A stretch of 64,000 bases of DNA, from assembly GCF_006345805.1 (NCBI RefSeq), contig NC_042999.1, forward strand, positions 123,256,001 through 123,320,000, written 5' to 3'. Source of the DNA: Octopus sinensis (Eukaryota). The notes below the pieces were generated by a model. That model saw only the letters and a program-made list of their open reading frames with translations. It was not told where the DNA came from and did not search any database. Made by a program: the position numbers and the translations under genes. How positions within the stretch are numbered: position 1 is the stretch's first letter; each line of letters starts with the position of its first letter. Shown one piece after another: positions 39,128 through 53,466 of the stretch.

Positions 39128-41299
39128 TAACGAACAAATCTGTACAAATAAACCTATCATTTACAATATATGGGAGTTATTTGTTGCTTAACTTTGTAAA
39201 TGTCATTTATGAATCAGGAACTCTGAATAGTATAAACAGTATTATTTCTCATTGCAGCAGAAATTAGTTATGTTTTTGTTAGCTCTGTCATGAAATAAAG
39301 TTTAAATAATATATAATAGAAGTATTTAATAATGTTTGTTATGTAAGAAAATTATAATATCTGACTTGTATAACAGAACATTTTTATACAAGAAAAACCC
39401 TATCCAGGTTTTATTGTTTCGTAGTGGAAAGTACTGTGAAATTTGAGCTTCTCTCATTTGAAATGATGGAATGAAATCAATATGGATAGGTGAGTTAATT
39501 AACATAATAAGCGATCGCATTACCTTCTAATATTGGTGCAGAATTGATAAATATTTCTGGTTGATTAAATCAAGCAAATTGAGGGAAGGTGTAATCCATA
39601 GTGGTTAATGTGACATGATGATAACAAAATGTATAACATTTAGACATCATAGTCATCATACTCCACATATGTTTAAGAAATCTAATGAGGACCATCCTGC
39701 TATGAAACTTACCATAAAGTGATGATCAAAATGTTGACAGTTACCACACTCAATATGTGAAAGTTGAAATTTCTGCATTAACACATCAGGACCAAGCAAA
39801 TATTACAAAATTTTGAAAAGCTGATGGGAATAGGACCTGTACTTGGTTAATGCTAAAATCATCCTAACACTTCAGATGACTAAAGCTGATGAACACTTTT
39901 ACATCAACGTATCAAACAGACAATTTGGTACCAATACATGATGTTTTGATGCCAATGTTTTATCTGAAGACATCATCAAAAATTAAACATCTTATCAACT
40001 GAACTGGTCACTTACAGAATATATTTAATATTAATTAGAAATGAGAATTAAAAAAATAAAAACTCATACCAAGTGTTAAGTATGTTTTATTTATTCATCT
40101 TATTAAGGAAAGCAAAGGAAGCTTTTTGATTTTCATCCAACAAAACTTTGTTTTCTTTCAATATTTCACACATCTAAAGTAAATTGGGAAGTTTTTCCTA
40201 GCATTGTAATAACATCTAGTGTACAGTACTAAACACCAACTTTCTATTTCCACTTACAGCTTTTATTATTTCTTTCCAAACACTTTAGCTGTAACTGTTC
40301 AAATTGCATTTACTATTTGATATAATGGAACTATTTATCCATTACAATTCTAAAGGTATCAGATTATAGAAAGTCACTTATTTCTTTCATTTAGATACAG
40401 AGCACGTAAACCATTTGTTACAAGTTCTCACATCTATTTGCAACATTGTAATTATACTTCTTACATAGATAAAGCTTACTTTTCATATTCATCATAGATT
40501 ACAAAAGCAGTGTATCATAAGTCTCAACATAGATTAAACTGAGTGAATTGGTACTAAGAGGCAGTTCAGTATAATGGCTTGTTTATCATGCAGGTAGTTT
40601 TTATCTAAGAGAGATTCAAATATTTTGTGAATGAGGCTGATGCATTAGTCAATATAAGGGAGAAATTCTGCCTGGTATTATACATGGAACTTTTAAGCGA
40701 TGAATATCTTTTCAGGAAGAAAGTACCTCTTGGCTCTTAAAAGTGCCCAATCATCTCAATAAAGCTTTTGCTTTGCTGAGTTTATTGGATTTCCAGGGTT
40801 GGTTAATAAAGTTACTCATACTATATGTAGGGTCCAAGTTGTACATAGAGAAGAGGAATTCCTGTAGGTGATTAATGTTTTAGATTTAGTCTTGTTAACT
40901 GTTAATTACCCAAACCACTTACAAGAGGTTCTTGTTTGTGGTTAGAAAGGAAATGAATAGAATAATGGTTGTTTTCATCAGCTCATAAGGGCTTTTAGTT
41001 ATCAACAATAGCATAATTGCAACTGAAATAGAAGAGGAAGAAAATCAGGAAGATATATTGATGATGTAGTGATTGAGTTTATCTTTTGCATATTCTGAAA
41101 TGGAGCGATCAGCTAAAACTTTTCTAATGCAAACAATTAAACCAACATAGTCCATAGGCTGAGAATTTCACCAAAGTATTTTCTTGGTAATCTGTCTTTA
41201 TTGATAACTATACCAGTGATGTTATGAAAGAGGACTACGGTGAAAGTCAGATGAATTGATGTATAACATATGAAAGCAGGTCACTTGTAAATCTGGAGG

Positions 41300-41700
41300 T
41301 TCCAAAGTAAGACATTTTGGTAACGGAAAAAAAGTAAAATTTCTGAGTAGGGCAGTGAGAACTGAGCTAGTCTTCACCTATGAAAGGATTCCACTTGCTG
41401 TCTCTTATCAATCAAAGCCATCTTGAACTAGTTTCAGCTGACATACCTATTTCTTTGATGGCTTTCTTCAGCTGTCTGGGTTCCAAACCTATTTTCTGCA
41501 GCAAACAGTGCTCTGATCCAGATGGAAAGCTCATCAGTCACTCCAATGGGGAATGATACTGCATACCTGTTCTCGACAAGGACCTCATTGACTAAGTTTG
41601 ATATTTCAATTTCTTTACCTGGTGGGAATTTTTTTTTCCAGGTAGTATTGAAATCTTTAAAAAACATTCAAGAAAAGAAAATGTCATGGTTTTCCAAAGC
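41300..41700 (-). mobile_element. Decayed HERO/NeSL-like RLE retrotransposon C-terminus
   Basis: Across frameshifts: TTWKKK...SNLVNE...YAVSFPIGV and LLQKIGLEPRQLKKAIKEIGMSAETSSRWL*LIRDSKW, resembling VPWEE..LV.EC..FPVEVG and L..IG......AIK....AE.AS.WLW. Confidence 0.5.
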
Positions 41701-44620
41701 ATTTTCTCTGTTTTGTAAATGAAATGCACTTTAAAAGGTTCAAATTATAAATAACTCAGGGTATTTGTTAGAAGATATCTATACATTCACACAGCTCACA
41801 CATAATCATCAAAAAGGTAGTTGGTTACTAAGGGCAGCTTAAAACCATAATAGTAGGAACACTAACCAGTAGATAGTGAAGATTATAGATGCCAATATAA
41901 ATTGGTGATCAGTTTTGTATCTTTGTATTACATAAATAGCTTGATTAATCAGATTTTGTAAGAAAACTGGAAAACTATAACAAAATAAGTGTAAGATTGA
42001 GTGAGACTTGATAGAATATAGTTTTGGTTTGTATCGGGATATGGTATGATAAATATTATAATACAATTATGAGAGATCATTAAATAAGAAGAAACAACTG
42101 TTTTTCTTTTATCAACCTAGAGAAATCCATTAACATGGGTTCCAACTTTATAACTTGGTGGACAATAGAATTTAAAATGGAAGAAATTTAACAAAATCTA
42201 CTTAGATTTTATACACAAAATCATCTGAAAGATTGACAAGAATTACTTTCTATTGTATATAAGAGCCAGTGTGTTGTATGTTAAGATCTTAGATAAAATG
42301 CCTTTGTGCATTTAGTTGCATCCCTGTCATTTTAAGGTTCAAAAGCTAGTAGAGCAGGCTTTACCTTTCATTTTTCAGGTGTAGATAAAATACGTACCTG
42401 TCAAGTACTAATTCATTGTAATCAGTTGTTCTCCCTCCGTAGCATATTTTGGCTGTGTGCCCATATTAGAAATCGCTATACATTGAGACTAGCTGTTTTT
42501 TTATGAAACAAATACAAAATTTCATAGGTAGTATTAGAACAAAGAACTGATGGCTGAGAATTGAAATTGCTATTAACTGCATAACCTTTACTTCAGTTTT
42601 GTACTGAATTTTCAGACAGGTTGAAAAAGCATTATGAGTCAGTGGGGGATGTTCCCAGTATGATTTCTTTTAGATAAGAATTTACTCAATCATTCTGGAA
42701 AAAATTTTGATGTACTATTTACTTTTATTCTGAAATTACCCAAAATTCTTATATTTTGTCATCTGGAAGCTATTTATTTTTTTACAAAAGCTATTTTTTC
42801 TTTATTTTTCTAATTTTAGAAATATTTTCATTTATCTTTCACATTGAAGGATAAAAGTAATGGGTAACCTCATATATTTTTCTATAGTTTGGACTTCAGC
42901 CAGTCTAGCTAAAAGTATGCTTCCACTATATCAAGCACTGATAGTGGAAGGATGGCTAATCTATAAGTCTAGGTGAAGATTTTACTGAGAATTACACTTT
43001 TGTTCAAATGCACTTCAAATATTGATATCAATTCACATTTTCAACATCATTATTCCTGAAATAGTAACACATGCTAATATATCAGCAATATTCTGATTTA
43101 CTAATCTTTGAAACTATTTTAGATTAATGTTATTACTCTTAAAGACAGTTTTCTTATAAATATTTAAGCTTTCAAATAAATAAAACAATTTGAATCTGAT
43201 TTTGCTGCATGTCTATTAAACATAAATTTAGTATTTTAATAACTTGTTTTGAAATTGTTATGCTTATAGTCTCTCCAAACTTCAAATATTTGACATGTAC
43301 TTTTTCAGTATATTTCTTTTGATTCATTCGTAAATCATGCATTCTAACCAATCTGACATATTATTAGTTTATTTAATAGAAATTATTTCTATAGGTGCTG
43401 AATCTGAGATGAACATAACCAGAACTATACTTTTGCATCTCTGAATTTTCTAAACCAGACAAATGAGGATGTTTTGCAATGAACATAACCATAACTGTAG
43501 TTTTCATCTTTGGTTTTTCATTCTATTAGACTCTTCTTCAATATACCTAATTTAATTATGTAGGAATTATTTCCTAATATTATTAACTGATAAATTAAGG
43601 TGGTGAAATTGGAAGAAATGGTAAGGCACTATACCATGATGCTTACACTGTTTAGATTCATTTCTCTGCAGCTGAGTTTGAAATTTATCAATGTTGAATT
43701 TGCCTTTCATTTCTTAAGGATCAGCAAAACCAGAAAAAAAGGGGTGTGGGAGGATACTAATAGTATACTTTTGTATACTTAATTCACTCCTCACTACTTT
43801 ACAAAAAAATTATCCTTCCTTGTCTAAAGATAAAATTTAATATATCTGAAAAGTTGATTTCGTTTACCTTCCTGCCATCTCTCGTATAAAACAATATTAA
43901 GATTCTTCAACCTCTTATAGATTTCTGTTTCACTGCTTTTTATTTTTGTTTTTTCTTCATGCTTACAGTGATTAAAAAATGCTTCTAAATTAGATATCTT
44001 AATCTTTTATGTAGCACAGACAGTCAGGAGCAATATTAAATGCTTAATGGCATTCAGTTATTGCTTAATAATATTGAATACAAATTTAATATTAACTTTT
44101 ATCAATCTCAGAGGATTCTATATAATATGAACCAATAATATAGCTAACTGTTAAATAGAAAAAAAAAAAAAAATAGGGTCCAGTGTGTGTCCAATGGCAA
44201 TAAATCAATATTACTATCATGATTTCCGAACTAGTGATCGATTTTCAATCCATATTAAACCAAAAGAAAAACAACACATGGTCAGCTAGAACCAGTACCA
44301 ACAAATAATTTCTATTAGTCTTCTCCCTGAAAGCTGATAAGTGTTATTATACACATAACATTAGAGATATATTGATTAAGAAAGCTATAGACTCAATGTC
44401 TGCATACATTATGCTGCTATTAACTTTGTAATTGTTGTACAAAAAAAAAACATTCCTTTTTCTTCTTATCTTACTATTTTAATTTTGTATTTTCAATCAA
44501 TAGTACTCTGAAGATGTGCCAGTTGGCAACTGAGAGGTATCAAATTTATGTTAAAATTGCTAGAGAATATATATATGTATATATATATATGTAAGTGTAT
44601 GTTTCTGTTTATATGTGTGA

Positions 44621-44653
<33 letters not shown>

Positions 44654-44660
44654 CACACAC

Positions 44661-44693
<33 letters not shown>

Positions 44694-45220
44694 TATATAT
44701 ATAAATACATATATAAATATATATATACATATATATTTATGCATATATATATACATATATACACATATATATATACATAAATATATATACATATATATAT
44801 ATATACACATATATGCTTATATATATATATATATATAGGGATGCTTTATGAAAATATATATATATATATATACATGATTATATTTTTGATCTGCTATATA
44901 GATGAAGATATTTCCTCTGTCTGGCTGCTTTTCTCTCTACAAAATGGAAAGTTACATTGCAGAACAGTCATTTTAAGGAGTTGTATTTATTTATCACTCG
45001 ACGAGATACATCTGCACCATCAGATGCTCCTGAACCAGTTGTTGAGTGTCCCACCCAAGAGGAATCGATGCTAGATATGTTGAAACAATTGTCGTGATTA
45101 GTAATAAATTCTCATATCTTCTGTTTTTCATTTGCTATATATATATATACATATACCTATACACATATATATATATATATCTATACACACACATATGTAT
45201 ATATATGTAAATATATATAC

Positions 45221-45255
<35 letters not shown>

Positions 45256-46549
45256 CAACAATAAGAACATCATCAGCATGTCCAGCAGTAACAACAATAA
45301 TAGCAGCAATGGGCGGCGTTAGCAGTTGCACCAACAATGTAAGATCAGTTACATGGAAATATGTTGGACCAATGAAGGGCCCCTTTAAACTGCAAGTATA
45401 TAACCACAGGCCCTCTCTTAAAATCTCAGAGAGGTGCAACATTTGCATGTTTGGCCAACTACATATGGCATTTAAAAGAAGTGGAAATGTCATACAGAAT
45501 TAAATGGAAGTATCTGCAAAACCATTGACCATAATTCATTGGGAGTAGATGATGCAAACTTTGCTTGACTAAGCAGGCAAGGATCCTAAAAAACCTGCTT
45601 GCTTGTTCCTTCTTAAATTCCAAAAGTGAAAAATTTAGTCAGTGTCCTCATAAGAGAAAGTTCATGTTGCAAGCATGGACTTCCCTCTTTGCTGATTATT
45701 GAACAGAAACCATATATAAACTAACCCTTTTCAAACACAACAGTAAACATTCAAAGTGAGATAGCACCATCTCACCTGGAAGGGGTTTTTTATTCAAAGA
45801 ATTTTGTTTCAGGGTTTTTTCCCCACAACCTTGCTGACCAAGACTGTCTTCTTACATCCATTAATAAAGAGTTTGTGTCTCCAGGTAGCAGGTCTGATTG
45901 GTTGCCTATATTGTAATGAACAATAATAGATTTGAAACAAGTGGTATCTTTCTGAATAGTGGTTGTGTGGTAAGAAGCTTGCTTCTCAACCTCATGGTTA
46001 TAGGTTCAATCCCATTGCGTATCACCTTGAGTAAGTGTTTTCTACTGTAGCCTCTGGCTGACCAAAGCCTTGTGAATGGATTTGGTAGAGAGAAACTGAA
46101 AGAAGCCCATTTTATATATACATGTGTGTGTGTGTCTTTGTGTTTGTTTTCAACTCCCCCACCCCACCACTTGACAACTTGTGTTGGTATGTTTATATCG
46201 CCACAACTTAGCGGTTCACCAAAAGAGACCAATAAAATTAGTACTGGAGTTGATTCATTCAACTAAAAAAGTTATTGAAGGTGGTGCCCCAGCATGGCTG
46301 CAGTATAATAACTGAAACAAGATGCATACACACACACATGCATATAACACAGCCATACCTGCACCTATAATATAAATTCTTCTTAAAATATGTATATTAA
46401 AATATATTCAGTCATATATTCAGGTTTAGGGAGATTATCATGTAAGTGTTTCTAATGTACACTGGTTTTTATGTGGAAATATATAGATATTAATAATGTC
46501 ATTATCATCAGACTTATCTGTGTGTTTGTTGCAGGAAATTTTAGTATCA

Positions 46550-47200
46550 TCTAGCCTGTTAGTAGGAACTTTTCTTTTAAGATTTTCAAGCTCTTCTTGT
46601 ACCAGGAAGATGAGGATAACTCGGTCATTTTTAATACATTTTATGTGCAGTTTGAACTGCTGAAAGTTAGCGGAGAAACATGAGCATAGTTGGTATCCCA
46701 GGGAGATGCAGTTTAGGAGCAGAATTAAGAAAAGTATATAGTATTAGTACAGGGTCTAAATGTGTTTCCCAGTGAAGATTATGGATAATGAAAGAGAAAT
46801 GGATAAAATCAATAGGTAGTGGAAATAATATACAGTTTCTTTGTTCAAAGGAGCTAGAATATTTGTAGTATCAGTCAAAAGAACAAGGTTGAGGGACACA
46901 GTTCAATATTGAGTCAAAGGTCATATATTGTGGCTTAGTAAAATGATAACAGTTGGGGAAATGAAATTTTTTTTATAATACAGACTGGTTATGCTTGCTG
47001 AAACATCAATGATATATGGGCTGAAAGCTAGTGTAAGGTTTACCTGTGCATTGAAGAACATAAGCAGATTTAAGAAAAGTGAGATAGAGATACATATTAA
47101 TCAAAGTGTACGATATTACCAATCTTACCAATTGGTTTCACACTAGGAATTCAATAGAGTGTTAGGTAACAGTCCGATTATGTAACCCTGCACTCATCAG
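46550..47200 (-). mobile_element. Very decayed CR1/L2-type RT fragment
   Basis: Minus-strand remnants resembling QGSVLGPLLF..Y...L..YADD. Confidence 0.35.
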
Positions 47201-50162
47201 AGGTAGTCATTATGAAATGGAATATGGCGACTACTCTCATATCCTGCAAGTCTGGAAACATTATAGCATATTGTGATTTATCATTATTTCTTGAAAAGTT
47301 TATCCTCAATATTTTATTATATATTTGGATGTTTAATTTTAACCATTCTCATATATCTTTCATTACTTTTCATTCTGTTTATTTTTGTGTTTGTCCTTAT
47401 TCATACATAAGATATATGTATAGGTGTGAGCATAGCTGTGTGGTTAAGAATCTTGTTTTGTAACCATGTGGTTTTGGGTTCAGTCTTACCATAAGACCCC
47501 TTGAGCAAGTATCTTCTGCTATAAGCCTGAGGTGACCAATGAGTGAATTTGATTGATAGAAACTATGTGAAAGCCCATAATATATATATATATGCATACA
47601 CCACTCGACTACTGGTGTTAGTTTGTTTATTTTCCCATGATTTAGCAACTTAACAAAAGTGATCAATAGAATAAGTACAGGATTAAAAATAATTATTTGG
47701 ACTTAATCTATTCCACTAAAATCCTTCAAGGCCGTGTCCCAGTATGACCACAGCCTAGTGACTAAAATAATTAAAATGAGAAATGATAAAAGATTAGTTG
47801 TAGAAATTCATGGGCCAAGTTCAATAAAAAGAAAATTGTGTTTGTGCTTTTGGAATTAAATTCAAGAGAAAAAATATGTAAAATATGGTAGAATTTATTC
47901 ATTCATTTGAAGCCATGGTTTCTTTCCATTTCTTGTTTCTTGTGTATTTTTCATATATGCATACATACATGCATTTAAGTTTCCATATAACTTCTCTGTT
48001 TATATGTCATTTATTTTCATATAAGTTTAGTTGCATAATTTGTTGTGCAGTTCCAAATGCATATTGGCCTGTTCTCACACACACATACACACACACACAC
48101 ACTAACAATTCCAGTCAATATATTTAATGTCTTCTTAATGTTTTGCAGTCTTGCATTAGAATCCCTCACAAATTGGTTTAATCCTACATTATTTATCCAA
48201 AGTCAATTAAGTAATAACCAGAAGTAGATAGATTATAAGCTAAGAAAAGAAATTTCTCTTGCCCTGACATCTTGGAAAGCAGCCATAAAAATAATGATGA
48301 TGACGGTGACAATTTTTATTATTGCTGTTATTATTACCCAGCAGTTACTTTTCATTGACACCTCTGAATGTGTGGATTACACTGCAGATTTTAATATTGG
48401 GGAAATATATAATCTTAATACTGAATGTAATTCAGTTCAATTTAATTTATTGTCATTTTATATAAACATAGTAAAAGCTATGGAAACTAAAACTACATAG
48501 ATCTATCTATACAGTTGCTTAATGGAAAGGAGAGCAATACACACGTAAGTAAATCTGTGTAGTAAAAGTATTGAAATTACCGTAAATCCTCTTCGAAAGT
48601 GTTATCTCTAGTATCTAGTAAGTAGCATGAAATGGGATAAGCCAAGAAACAAAATGTAGCTAAGGAATTAAACATGTAACAAATATTATGAAGCAGATTG
48701 TGATGAGGCTAGAGTTGAAAAGCATTTAAATGTATTGCATGTCAAAAGGCATGCAGCTAGCAAAGAGATCACAAATGTTAAATTCGTTATAAGACAGACA
48801 CCTGAGAGATAGTATTTAAACTATCAGGAAATTGTAATATGCATGTGATTCTGACTGTAGAAATAGGATAAGTGTAAATATATAGACAGAATGCATATGT
48901 TCCGTCATCTAGGTAATTAAAATGTCATACAGTATATCATAGCAGAGTGTCTAGACTACAAAGTGATTGGTAGGATTTGGAGAGGTATTCATTTTCCAAG
49001 GCTATTTAACTGATATCCTAACAAAACTGGGTTTGCATTATGCATGTGTAAGTAACATGATATGATACTTTCATTGAAACAGAAGTTGTGGGGAATAGTT
49101 GACTTGGAAGATTATACTCAGGGAAACGGTATTGCTGTCCACTGTTGATAATATTAAACTGACTAAGACTGAATGTGGTAATTATGCGTAGTGTTAGATG
49201 AGTTTTGTTTAAGTTTGTTTAGCACTCCTCTGGAAAAGTGAGGACATGCAAGATGCCAAATGAAGATTTAAAATGTTAAATACATGCATCAGATTTATAT
49301 TCCATATTTTTATCTGATATGGAAGTATAAATTTGTGTGTTGTGACAATTTCAAATTCCATCATTCAGATATTCTAGTCACAGATACATAGAAGATGTGT
49401 TTGTGAGAGTATGCATGTGCTGATCTAAACTTTTATGTATAATCAGGTCATGCATATTTAATAGGTTATATGTAGATAACAGAGTACATTTAAATAGTAA
49501 ATTGAATAAAAAATAACATGTAACATTTATTTTCAATTAGCCTTTAAAATGCAGTGTTTGTATCTTAGATAATATTATCTAATTCGTTACTGTTAATTAT
49601 ACTTTGATTATAATATATAATCAATATTCTTTAGTCTTAACTTTAATCAAGACCTGAATTTCACTATGAAAAGAAAAACACAGTGCTAACCAATTAGCTA
49701 GGCATTATTTAGAAAGGCATATAAGCAGTGTTCTGTTGCAATGATTACCATTATCATAAAAATGTACATAGTGGGTATATTTTTAAAAGTAACCAAATTT
49801 GAATTCCTTGAATATTTTTCTTTTGTTGTTTTATATTTTGTATATTGAATAACTTGAAAAACAAAGTTTCCATTCATATGAGATTGAAGCAGCTATTAGC
49901 TTTTCATAATGCAGCAGATGTGTTTGACTGAATTTCCAGATCAAATTTTGTCACCAACATATAAATTCAAAGTGAATGATTTTCTAATCAAGGTAACTTA
50001 AAATTTATCTGGGAAAATTTTTTTTGAGAAATACTTGGTTAGACAAATACCTTATTTTATTCAAATTCCTAGCTGCAAATTATTTTCTTGTAAAATCAGT
50101 TGTTTCTTTTTTAGTTTTATTTGTAATTTCATTACTTTCTTTTTATTTTATTTCATTTTCAG

Positions 50163-50285
50163 ATTCAGCTGAGTGTGAGTCTGATCCTTCAAAATGTACT
50201 ACCTATGCTGTTTGTGACAACCAACAGGGAGAAATGACATGCAGGTGTCAGAGAGGTTACTATTTGGATGGACAGAAGTGTCAAC
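50163..50285 (+). CDS. Exon C: EGF-like domain DSAECESDPSKCTTYAVCDNQQGEMTCRCQRGYYLDGQKCQ
   Basis: Acceptor tttcattttcag| and donor C|gtaata. 123 nt, phase 1-1. Six Cys spaced C-x6-C-x5-C-x8-C-x1-C-x10-C, typical of EGF, with a degenerate calcium-binding-type N-terminus. Confidence 0.9.
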
Positions 50286-51434
50286 GTAATATATCAAAGT
50301 TTCAATTCTTTCTTAGATGTGTTTGTGTTTCAGAATATAATTACTTCTAACAGATACAATAAAAATTAGGTTTACTACTAAATATGTATTACTTTTGAAT
50401 TTCATTTCAGCATCTGAACTAAGTTTCATCAAAATGAAATTACCCATTGCCATTTTAGAAGCATTTTTGAAATTATCAATAAATTAATAACAAGTACTTT
50501 AAGTAAGCTAGTTAATAACTTTGTTTGATAAGGTTTTCCTGTTCATGGTCATTAAGAGATATTAGAATGTTTATGTTTTTTTTTTCTTTTATTGTGAGAA
50601 CCCATGATTTTATAATGTCAGGCTTCAAACCAAGTTTATGAATTTCAATTCTTGTCAGTATTTTTGTCATAATTTTCTCTGCCTTAGTCAATTTGAACTG
50701 TCAGCTAATTTATATGACACGGTACATTGTAGTTGTAAAACGAATCGTATAAATATGTAGAAAATCAAACTCCAAGGTTTGAAAAACTTGATGTAAATTT
50801 GATATTCTAGAGTCTAGTTTTATACTTTGTTTTAATGACCTGTTATGGTTGGTTCTCACTAAGTTTATAAGATCCAAATTCAATTTGATGGCTTAATATT
50901 AACATTTAATTTGTTTTTCATTTTTCTAGTTGTACATCAGTAAAATGTATTTTAAATCCTTCAACAAGTCAAATAGGAAACATAGAGATGCTTTTAAGTT
51001 GTGTTATCAATATCAAAATCAATATCTTCAGTTTAAATATGTCTATTTTAAATCGATAATGCTGACAGTGATGTTCATTGTGGGAATGGTCATAGTTATT
51101 ATCAAACTAATGTCAGTTATATTTCAAAATGAAAACTTTTATAAAAACTGTTACTTTCAAAGAATGCCATTGAATTTTAGTTGATTATGTTAGGGCTTAC
51201 TATTATCAAATGTAGATTTTTTTTTTTATCTATCTCAAAAATTGTGGTTGAACTGAATATAAAAAATGTATAACAAGAAATCATTACTAGATTTGTTTGA
51301 AGTGTAGATAAATAATTCTAAGCAATTAGTTACTTACCTCTCTTTGAAATATTCAAACTTCTATTAGATTTTATTCCTCTGTTTTATTCTTTTAAATAAA
51401 TTCATCCTATAGGATTCTTTTATTAAAACAAAAC

Positions 51435-51497
<63 letters not shown>

Positions 51498-52925
51498 GTT
51501 ATCTAAAACAATGTAAAGAAGGCAAATTTGTAATCAAATGGTCCTTTGAGAGGAAACAAATGACTTAAATAAAATATTCACTATGACAAGTGAACTTCTA
51601 AAGATAACAGAATTTTCACGGAGCCCCTTGAGTAACAGACTTCTCTTTGATTCTTAGCTTGGAAACAATGAACCATTAAATTATTGTAAAAATCGCTATC
51701 TTCAGTATGTTTTGTGGCAACAGTTTTCTTATTTAACTTTTGATGTACTCTTCACTTAACTGGCTCTGTTCTGTAATACTTGCAGTAAATAATGCTAAGG
51801 GTTGATCATTGTCCTTTTTGTCAAGATTCGTATCAAATTAGAGTTAAATTTCTCCTTCAGTTCTTTTATTTCTTTCTCAACCTTTCTATTCAGTATTAAG
51901 AAATTTTTTGATTATTTAAGCTATTTTTTTATTTTTGCATTCTCCACATTCTCTTTTATAATCACCATCTTGTAACTTCAGATACACTGGCATCTCACAT
52001 TACCATCTCAGTCTTCTAGCCAGATGCACTTACCCACCCTTATATAATTTTGGTGTAGCCATGTATCTCCTCTATAGCAAAACACCTGTGCTATCATAAT
52101 TTAGCCTCCTAAAACCTGGCATAAAGCCACCTCCCTCTCTTTCAAATGTACTTCCCTACTCATTGAGGAGTCTTTTCTCTTTCCTTTTCTTGCAACTTTC
52201 TTGGCAAGCTCACTAGTACTGGTGGGGCAAAAAAGAAAATCACCCAGTACACACTGTAAAATGGTTGGTCCTAGGAAAGGCATCCAGCTATAGAAAACAT
52301 GCCAAAGATGACACTGGAACTCAGTGAAGTCTTGCTGCTCGTCAGATCTAGTGAGACCATCCAACCAATGGCAGCATAGAAAATGGATGTCAAATCATGA
52401 TGATGATGATGATGATGAATTTTATCCTAAGGCTTCTCTGCTTCTTCTTATCAAAGTCAGAATAACAGTTGACTTAACATAATGACATACAAGAAGTGAC
52501 AGTTCTGTGCTCTTATTCTACATGCTTGGCTTAGTATTTTGTATTATATAAAATTCTCAGTTGAATAACTTCTTGTATATTCTGGAATATCAGGCTAGAA
52601 CTAACCTAAAAGTGGCATGTTGATTTTGTTTATATAATTTACATTCCATCAGTCCTTTCTTTAGTATGTGCCTGACAAGTGTTAGGCTCTGTTTTCTAAC
52701 AATATCAGTTTATATTTAGATTAGTTACAGGATTCATTAGAATCTAGCATATCAACAAGTATGACACCAGGAATGGCTGGGTACTTAGTATTAAGCTAAC
52801 AGTAAGGTAAAACAACCCTTAGTTGTCATTTGTTGGCTGTATACTTGAAGTATGTACACACACATATATGTATGCATATATCTGTATGTGTGTGCATATA
52901 TATGTATATATATATATATATATAT

Positions 52926-52956
<31 letters not shown>

Positions 52957-53466
52957 TATGTAGCAAATCTAATATAAGCTGTAGATCCAACTCAGGGATG
53001 GTTCCAGGTGTGGTATTTGTATAAAACAACACAAGTAGAGTTGAAAATTTACAACAGCAGTTTCGATAACATTTTATTCATACATTCTCAGATTACATGA
53101 TAGGAAAAAAAAACTCACTATCATCAGATAAATTGTAAGCACTTAAACAAGCAAGAAAAAACCAGATGATCCATTTCCCAACTACTATCATGAACATGTA
53201 AGTTCATATAAGGGAAGAAAAAGTGAGAGAAAGTTGTGGTGACAGAATACAGCAGGGTTTGCCACCACCCCCTCCTGGAGCCTTATCGAGATTTAGGTGT
53301 TTTTGCTCAGTAAACATTCAAAAAGCTTGGTCTGGGAATCGAAACCGCGATCCTATGACTACGAATATACTGCACTAACCACTGGGCCATTGTGCCTCCA
53401 TGTATATATGTATATATATATATATGTTTATATGTATGTATATATATGTGTATATGTATATATATA

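Noticed and set aside
39600-41000. Higher-complexity stretches in intron B-C
   Set aside because: They look like old LINE debris, and I found no phase 1-1 exon with good splice sites.
41434-41722. Overlapping ORFs on both strands as host-gene exons
   Set aside because: Better explained as a frameshifted RLE retrotransposon relic, and the minus-strand acceptor lacks a pyrimidine tract.
45128-45503. Opposing ORFs of about 120 aa
   Set aside because: Half is (TA)n and the next part is AAC/AGC low complexity. The possible exon is phase 1-0 and would break the frame.
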